Below the pieces are notes generated by a model, which saw nothing but the letters and a program-made list of their open reading frames with translations, was not told the DNA's origin and ran no database searches. 64,000 nucleotides of DNA. Source: Paramoeba atlantica. Its lineage: Eukaryota > Protista > Discosea. Below are positions 52,348 to 60,400 of the stretch, piece after piece. The first letter of the stretch is position 1. Each line of letters begins with the position of its first letter. The position numbers and the translations under genes were made by a program. The DNA lies in contig CDRNVI010000023.1 of NCBI GenBank assembly GCA_977017575.1, positions 372,001-436,000 on the forward strand, written 5' to 3'.

Positions 52348-53464
52348 TTAATAAGGTAGTTTCCGTCCCTCAGCCTCGATACACAAGCATAGACGTCGTT
52401 TGAAAGATGCATGCAATTTTTCAGAAAATTTCTTTGAGTCACTACTTTTTAGATATTTTTCACAGCTCTCTTCTATCTCTCTTATGGAGGACGGGTTTAT
52501 ATATAGAGGACTATATATAGAGAGGCTATATATATATAGAGGACGGGTTCTCCTGATTTTTGATTTGTTTGAGACGGCACCATAAATTCTCAATCGGATT
52601 CAAATCCGGGGAATCCGCAGGCCAAAAAGGCAGATGGGTCCCATTGACAGAAATGTATCCCCTCAAGCAAGAGGAAGTTCTCGATCTGGCGATCATACTT
52701 TCCCACCACAAAGAAGTAAGCTTAGAACGATGCGGAGGAGCTCCATCGTCCATGTAGATCGCCTGGGGATTTTTCCTGGCATATGGAATCCAATGATCCC
52801 GAAGAATCATCTTTCTATAATACATGCTGCCGAGCCCTTTCCCTTTTTGAGGCCCTTTTTGATTTTGACAAGCGTCATGGCGATAAAAGTGTTCAAAATC
52901 ATCGCACCATCGAAATAGGATTTTCCCATTGGAATCAATTGCACCCCAGAGAAGGACTTTCGTGGGATGATGGGTTCGACTCCTTGCAACAGGATCTGTT
53001 GGAGATTGCCATGCTGAGCGTGACAAATCACCCGCATGAATGTACACCTCGTCACTAAAGCACAAATTTTTCTAAAAGGTGCCCCCTGTCACTTCATCTT
53101 CTTTAAGCAGTGCGCGACAGAAATTCACACGGGCCTCCCTTTTCTCGGCAGAAAGATGAAGCGTACTAATTTTGGACCTAAACTTGTAATCACAATATGT
53201 AAGCAGAGCACGCATGCGATGCCGCGAGATAACAAATTGGTGTCCGGATGCTTCGGCCATTGCACACATCAGTCTGTTCAAAGTGCGATGGACAGGATTG
53301 GCCGCCATTATCTGGGGCAGCAAGACTCTGGCATTCTCAAAGTGTTCCCATTCCAGTAGCGTATTAGCGGTTTCTTTCACTTTTTCGATTCTACCATCAG
53401 CTGAAGAATGAGTCATCAGCAAACGATGACAAGTCGCTTTATTGAGAGTAAGCGTATGACACAA
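52348..53464 (-). pseudogene. Tc1/IS630-family transposase pseudogene, DD51E spacing
   Basis: TF*KNLCFSDE, MDDGAPPH, WPADSPDLNPIENLW and tail SFKRRLCLCIEAEGRKLPY; one TAG and a 52-bp insertion. Confidence 0.92.
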
Positions 53465-53502
53465 CTGTGCTTAGGTAAAAAGTCTTGTGCTGTGCAAAAC
53501 TT

Positions 53503-53892
53503 TCAAAGCGACGACTCCCGTTTCGGATAAGCTTCCCCTTCTTTCCATATAACCGGAAGTCCATTCAGGTGCGTCGTTTTGCGCTTCATAGGTCGGCCGC
53601 GTTTCCGCTTAGAGTTCTGGCCCGAGATTTGAGAGGCTAACCGTGTTCTAAGAACAGCCATCGCGGTCAGAAGGGAATGCTGATCCTTCAAAACAGAGTT
53701 ATGTTTCTTTTTAAGCTCATCGTATTTCTCTTGGAGCTCGAAGTGTTCTCTTTTTAGAAGATTGTATTCAATATGTATTGCTTCTAATTTTACTCGAAGA
53801 CGATGAGCTTCAGCTTTGTGCTTTTCCTTTTCGCGTTCTACGCGTCGTAAGCGCGTGTTCAATTTTCGAATTCGCGTTTTCGCCTTCCTCAT
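53503..53892 (-). CDS. Basic coiled-coil ORF (129 aa), probably element-borne
   Basis: Heptad-like Leu pattern, KRKRGRPMKRK; ATG overlaps the stop of the upstream ORF (ATGA). Confidence 0.5.
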   Translation of the reverse strand: MRKAKTRIRKLNTRLRRVEREKEKHKAEAHRLRVKLEAIHIEYNLLKREHFELQEKYDELKKKHNSVLKDQHSLLTAMAVLRTRLASQISGQNSKRKRGRPMKRKTTHLNGLPVIWKEGEAYPKRESSL

Positions 53893-54494
53893 TTCCTTAG
53901 AGCTCGAGTGGAGAGAATGGCGGGCGCTGCGAATATCAGGTTGTGGATCAGAGGCTCAGTAGGTGGAACATCAGGGGCCTGAGGGTCAATAGGTGGAACA
54001 TCAGAGGGTTGAGAGTCAATAGGTGGAACATCAGAGGGTTGAGAGTCAATAGGTGGAACATCAGAGGGTTGAGAGTCAATAGGTGGAACATCAGAGGGTT
54101 GAGAGTCAATAGGTGGAACATCAGAGGGTTGAGAGTCAATAGATGGAACATCAGGGAGCTGAGGGTCAATAGGTGGATCATCAGAGGGATGAGGGTGGGA
54201 AGTTCGTGGATTGGAGGACTGAGGTCGAAACATTTGGCATAGGCCTTCTGCTGCTTCGATAAGCCGGATGTCAAAGCATTTTTCAGGTTCCACGAAATTC
54301 GGATGAACTGGATAAAGATGATTATCATCTTGGACAGAGCCCTGTATTTCTTGATTTATTTTGAAAAGAGTCTCTTCTTCAAAAAAATCAGACTCAGAGT
54401 CCGATATGTCCGAGTCTGTTGACCCATCTTCTGGATCCCAGTTCGGATCATCCTCTGAATCAGAGCTTGCGTACTCCGGTGAGTGCGAAGACAA
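53889..54494 (-). CDS. Acidic ORF with PPIDSQPSDV repeats (201 aa), probably element-borne
   Basis: Open frame across the 30-bp repeat array. Confidence 0.5.
   Translation of the reverse strand: MSSHSPEYASSDSEDDPNWDPEDGSTDSDISDSESDFFEEETLFKINQEIQGSVQDDNHLYPVHPNFVEPEKCFDIRLIEAAEGLCQMFRPQSSNPRTSHPHPSDDPPIDPQLPDVPSIDSQPSDVPPIDSQPSDVPPIDSQPSDVPPIDSQPSDVPPIDSQPSDVPPIDPQAPDVPPTEPLIHNLIFAAPAILSTRALRK
53961..54194. repeat. 30-bp tandem repeat, about 7.8 units (5 identical)
   Basis: aggtggaacatcagagggttgagagtcaat, no spacers. Confidence 0.97.
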
Positions 54495-55519
54495 TGATGA
54501 AACGTCAGAAGAGCCTGATCGGCAAACTGTTGAATTTTTGGAATTGCTCTCCGAAGTGGCCTCCGAACTCGTGTACTCCTAGTTCGTGTAACCTGAGCTC
54601 ATGCTATCAGAGCTCCCATGCGCCCTGGGAGATATGTGTGACATGGACATCGTATAAAAAAAAGTACTTGTTAATCAAGTTTTGTAAAAAGCGTATGTCA
54701 AACAAATTTAGTTCAGCAAAAAAAAAGATTTTTTCAAACGTTAACGTACGTCAATTTAAACTATTTTTCCGATCCTCTTGTGGTATTCCCATAAACTTAG
54801 CTTTTTACAGAACTAAAAACAAAGCTACGGTGCTCTCTATAGAACGGTTTCAAAATTTTGGGACGGAGTTGTACTTTGCGATTAAAAGCCGCCTGGCAGG
54901 AAGTATTGTCAATGTATAAATCACTCGTAATTCGTCTCCCGATTCTAACCATGGACGTGATCCCCACGTGAGGGGACCGTTAGCGGTAAAACGAGTAGGA
55001 TCAGTAATAGGAGCAATAGGGTTTTTTTGGCTCGTCATTCGCCTTGCGACCCCCCGGTATCTTAGCACGTACACGGCCAATTTCTAGCGAATAGTAATCA
55101 ATGTCCAGCAATGTAAAATCATAGTCAACGGTTGGATCGTCATTCCATACCGCTTCCATAGCACCCTACTCGTCACTCTTAAGACGGACGTTTCCAATGA
55201 CGGTTTCACGCACAAGATCGCCACGAGGTCCCCACACCGCCTCAACTAAAGAGAGAACATGAAGATTATGCCCTCCATCGCCTGTTTTAGCAGCTCAAAT
55301 GACATTGTGAGAACGTAGAAATCGTTCTACACCCAAGCCAAAAATTATTATCGCTAAAATTCATGGCACAAAAATTATTGTTTTTTTAATTAAAAGTTGC
55401 ATAGCTTCGGCAATATTAAAAACTCAATAATATTAGTCGGCAGTGTAAAACAAGTGCAAGAGAGTTAATTTTTTCTTTTTTTGCCAAAAAGGTGTGAAAT
55501 AATGCTTCACTTTGACAAA

Positions 55520-56278
55520 CACAATCAACTTGGCGGAAAAAAACGTATTTTTCCAAAATTGTTTTCCCTATTGTAGTTTGAGAGTTTGGGACCTACACTA
55601 GCCTTCTACACCGTTGTTTTCACAAGATACCCCTTCTTAGAGCAGCAGCACGCCTCCCAAAATGACGCATTTTTGACCAAACCGTGCGAAAAAGTAATTT
55701 TCGGACCCAGCACAAGTGACTTAAGGCAAAACCTAATGGCAAAACAATTATTTTTCCAAAATCGTTTGCCCTTTTGTATTTTGATAGTTTGGGACCTATA
55801 CTAGCTTTCAATGCAGTTGTTTTCGCAAGATCTCTTCGAGACGTGGTATGCCCGCGAAAATGTCCCATTTTTGACTAAAAAAGGTGAAAAAGTAATATTC
55901 GGACCCCAAGGGGCATTTTTGGGTCGAAAGAATGGTATGGTTGAAGTCGCATTCTCTACCAAATACGTTCTGTAGGCTTTGATTCGTGGCTACGAGTGAT
56001 TTCCCGCACGAAAATGTCGGATTTAGTGCTCTGAGAGCAAAATTACCCAAAAATGACTCCATTTTTACCTGAAAATCGGCTATTTTGGGTATAATCTTTC
56101 CGTTTTCTTCAGCTTTCCAGGCCAAATTTTCTTTTTTAGGCTCTTCGTTAAACGCGGAGGTCGTTTTCAACTCGACACGCGCAGCACAAGTTACTTCTAA
56201 GTTGAAAACAACCACCGCATTTAACGAAGAGCCTAAAAAAGAAAATAGTTTATTGTGGTGGTTGTAAAACTACCGCTC
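55520..56278 (-). mobile_element. Palindrome-ended element, partial, with internal duplication and an adjacent hairpin end of a second copy
   Basis: Palindrome 56126-56247; hairpin terminus 56252-56276; a solo Merlin-type MITE TIR abuts at about 55495-55518. Confidence 0.85.
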
Positions 56279-56428
56279 ATTGATTTTACAATTATAAATC
56301 AATTGAAATACAAACGAGCACGACCTTTTTGACCCCTTTTTTTCTCTCTCGTACTCTAAAACACGTTTTCACACCACAACCCTCATATCTATTTTTTTCC
56401 TTCAAAAACCCTTCCCTACCCCTCCCCC

Positions 56429-57172
56429 ATGTCTCTCCCACCCCCCTCCCAAAACCCCAACCCCCCCAACCCCCCCAATCCCCTCTCCCAAAACGAAAAC
56501 CAAAACCCCACCCCCTCCCACGCTCTCCAACGACCCCCCACCTTCTCCCCCTCCCCCTCCCCCTCTTCCTTACCCTCTTCCTTCATCGCCCTCTACCGCG
56601 CCCTCCTCGCGGCCTCCCCCCCCCTCCCCCCCGCCCGTCCCTGGGCCGACTTCGCGGACCGCTCCGCGCTCACCCCCCCCGCCTCCCCCCCCGACGCCCT
56701 CGCCCGCGCCACCGCCAACCTCCCGCACTACGCCGGGAACTACGCCGTGGTGGCGCTCGCGGTGCTGGCGCTCGCGGGGCTCGGCAACCTGCTCTTCGTG
56801 GGGGCCATGGCCGCGTGCGCCGCCCTCGCGGGGGCGTACCGCCGGAGGAGGGCCCAGCAGGCCGGGGAGGGGGGGGAGGGGGTGGTGGTGGTGAGTGGAA
56901 GGGAGATCACCCCGGCCCAGGCCTACGGGGGGTTGGGGTTGGTGACGCTTTTTTTGTTTTGGTTGACCGGGGGGGGCGGGACGGTTTTTTGGGCGTTGGT
57001 GGGGAGTACGGTGGCGGTGGTGGGGCATGCGGTGATGCATGAGAGGGGGTCAGGGGAGTTGTGTGAAGGGGGTGGGGGAGGGTATGAGGGGGGGAAGCGT
57101 TTGAGGGAGTGGCAGAGGTTGTCCTCACAGGGGTCGGTTTCACGGGGGTCGTATATGGAGCATGTGGGGTGA
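56429..57172 (+). CDS. PRA1 (prenylated Rab acceptor) family protein
   Basis: RPWADF, RATANLPHYAGNYAVV, hydrophobic hairpins, VVGHAVM. Confidence 0.92.
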   Translation: MSLPPPSQNPNPPNPPNPLSQNENQNPTPSHALQRPPTFSPSPSPSSLPSSFIALYRALLAASPPLPPARPWADFADRSALTPPASPPDALARATANLPHYAGNYAVVALAVLALAGLGNLLFVGAMAACAALAGAYRRRRAQQAGEGGEGVVVVSGREITPAQAYGGLGLVTLFLFWLTGGGGTVFWALVGSTVAVVGHAVMHERGSGELCEGGGGGYEGGKRLREWQRLSSQGSVSRGSYMEHVG

Positions 57173-57427
57173 GGGGGGATAAGAGGGGGGCTTTGTAAGA
57201 TAGAAAGGTTTAGTATAGTTAGGTCCGTGGGTAAAGATCATGGGCTTGGTTTTAGTGTAAATTTCGAATTTTATTGCTTTTTTACGGATGACGCATCCTG
57301 TTGAGAAGCACGTTTTACGGAATCTTCTTATTGTTCTTTGTTGATTCTACAGAACTATTTCTATTTTCTAAAGAATCTGTCCAACACAACACTATACTTT
57401 AGCACAATGAATTGATTCATATCGTCG

Positions 57428-60400
57428 ATGGTTCTACTTTCTACTCATTTGCCGAGTTCCCGATCGCAGAAACATCGATCTCAATTGCACCGAACGCAAA
57501 CTGAACACTCCGATTGCAAAGATCACGTAAATGGTTCAATCACTTCCTCTCAAAGTTCCGAACACTCAGACACATCATTGGTCCCACAAGAATCGAATTC
57601 ACCGAGTTCCTCCAATCTGAAGCCCTCCTCCCATTTACATGACTTGGAGAGAACAAAAGTTTCTTTTTTGAGCAAGGCCCAATGCTCACACGAACTGTTT
57701 TCGTCTTCTCAACTTAAAACTTTATCCCAAAGCAAATCAGATCTTTCTGCTTGGAAAGGTTGGATACACACCTTAAACGTCATGGATCACGCAGTTCGCG
57801 TATTTCAAGTCACGCAACATCTTTCTTCAGGTGCGTCTACGAAACCCTTTGCTAAGCCCCTTGCCTTCGAAGTGGCTCATATACTTCGACAGAAAAAATG
57901 CGATTCTGTGGTACTTAAGTGGCCGTTTGAATCCGATTTTATGTGGGAATCTTTGGATGACGTAACTTTACATGGACGAAGTCAACTTCCTCTTTGCTGC
58001 TCTCTTTATATGCAAAGCACACTTTTTCTTCTCTTGCTGGCGCTCTATGACGCAACAGAACGTTATTCCGAAGATAATATTGCCAAAGCTGAGACTGACG
58101 ATCTATCGTCTCTCAATTCCTCTCTTTCTCTTCTTGCTTTTTGTTTTTCTTACGCGAACGATGCTTCCCAAAGCATGGAAAATCAAAGACTGTCTTCGCC
58201 AAAGCCTGAAAGACATATGGATCAGAATCTAGAAAAATGCAAAGATCTGTGCGACAAAATATATTTGTACGGGTTACATTTCGTATGTAAAATTGCTATG
58301 GGGAATTTGAAGGACGCAAGTCACCCCATATGGATCCTTTTAGCCCATTTGTTTTCGAGGCAAACCCAACAAGCCAAAAACAAAGACTTAATGATTGTCC
58401 CTGGGAACTCGATCATTTCCAAAGGCCAAGGGAATCCTTCCAAAGATTCGCTAAGCAAAGAATTCAAAAATCTGAGATTTCCTATCAATCTTTCGTCAAG
58501 CATTTTTCAAAACGTAGAATCGTGTTTAACGGCCCTTCTTGCCCGGCTTATTCAGGAATCTTGGAAAGACTTTCAGTTGGGGCAACAGAAAACCTTTAAT
58601 TTCTTACAATCAAAATTGGATTGCACAGCTTTGTGTCATGTTGTGACGCAATCTAGATCACGAACTTCGCCAAAGGGCTTTCAAATTGATTTAGGGAACG
58701 ATAGCTCGAAATACATTCCCGCACTCTCTTCCTTGTTTTTGATACGATTTGCAGCTGTTTGCCTTCTACCGTGGATAAGACGTATGAAGTCTGAAAAAGG
58801 AACTTCTGTAGTTCTCCCAAAAAAGATGCACACATTATTGATGTTCATTGCCCACAGTTTACACTACGAGGGCTATACTCCGCTGGCTTTTGAACTTTGG
58901 AATTCTCTTTGTGATGAGAAGTGTTGTGATCAAAGTGATCTTTATAAAAAGGACGCATATTTGAGTCATGCACTCACGATGGGCAATCTGGAGATTATTT
59001 CCAAATGGGTCGATTCCACTCAGGACACTTTGGAATTTCTTCAAAAGCTGCATATTTCGGGCCATTCCCTGAAAGCTGAGACCGGAGCCGCAGATCCCTT
59101 GCAACGTGGTTCGCAGATTGCCGAAACGGAGACAACGCTTAACGATCTCTCTGTTTTCAAAAGAATTTTCACACTTTATCATAACAGTTTCTCGGAGTCT
59201 TCGTCATTTCCTGCGGAAAACATTTTGGCCGATCTCCTGCCTTTGCTGCAAAAGTACATTCCATGGATTGTGGACACTCAACATTTCTGTGATGCATCCC
59301 ATCTTAATTTGTTGAATGAAAAGGAAACGAACACGCCTCGGGACACGCAACCACAAAACACTGTTATTCCGAAAAGAAACACAGAAAATGATACAGAGAA
59401 AACTGCCGATGCAATTTCCAGCCTCCCTGCAGAACACAGCAACGAGAAAACATCCAATACGAATGAAACCGTAATAAAAACACAAACAAAAAACAAATCT
59501 CACTCCATTTCTTCCTTGGAAACGGCACACTATATTATCGATTCTTGTTTTCTTGTCGCTGAACTGTTTCTCTCTCGCGGGGATATTCCGAGTGCCACAA
59601 GATCTCTGTGTGCTGTTCTTTCAGTACTCCTTGGAAGCGCTACCCTCTTGAGTACCCGACATCTTTTACGTGTCCTTGAATGTTTTAGTCTTCTATCGGG
59701 CTCAGTAGAATCTCTTGTCTCGTTTTCATCCAATGATTTCAATGATGTGGTACAGACATATCGAACGCGCTCTCTGTTTGCGTTTGTTTCTCCAGTTTCG
59801 TTTACGCGTTGGGCTTTTAGAGAGCGTGAATTTGAAATGCGGATATCTCCAGGAATGATCTATTCTTCCCTAAACAATGACGGTTCCGATTCCATCGAGG
59901 ATGACCGAAATGACAAAGTAACGAACGTTCTCTCTCTAATGGAAGTGAAAGAACGGAATTATCTTGCTCCGCGCAGTTTGCATGACATCAATGATGCATT
60001 CAATTCGCTACACTCGATGCAAAGGACATTAACAGAGGTTAAAAAAGATGAGCACCGACAAATCGAACATCTTATTTCCACTGCACTGGACGCAGACCGA
60101 ACTTTGCAATGTCCACAACGTTTGTTCGTGCTCAAAGAGTTCATGTCTCGGATTGAACGTCTCTTACGTCGAACGCTAAAATTACGGTCAGAGGCAACGA
60201 AATATCGACTTTTCCCCATGCACTTCGGGACACTGCATCACACTTGTTCGGGACACTGCCACGCAAACGATCGAAAAGAATTTCATCTGACACTTGCGCG
60301 TATTGCCATTTTATGGGGGTTTACTTCCCTTGCGGCTACTCAGCTGTTATCCTGCTGCAATCTAAGTTTTGATGCCATTTCTGGAGCACACACTGTTCCT

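Noticed and set aside
20336-53071. In-frame TAG at expected Trp positions (LRR11 and the Tc1 gene), suggesting stop-codon reassignment
   Set aside because: A single TGG-to-TAG transition explains both, both loci carry other lesions, and many intact genes here end in TAG
53961-54194. CRISPR-like array (also considered for 11573-11640 and 33441-33534)
   Set aside because: Head-to-tail repeats without unique spacers, no cas genes, eukaryotic context
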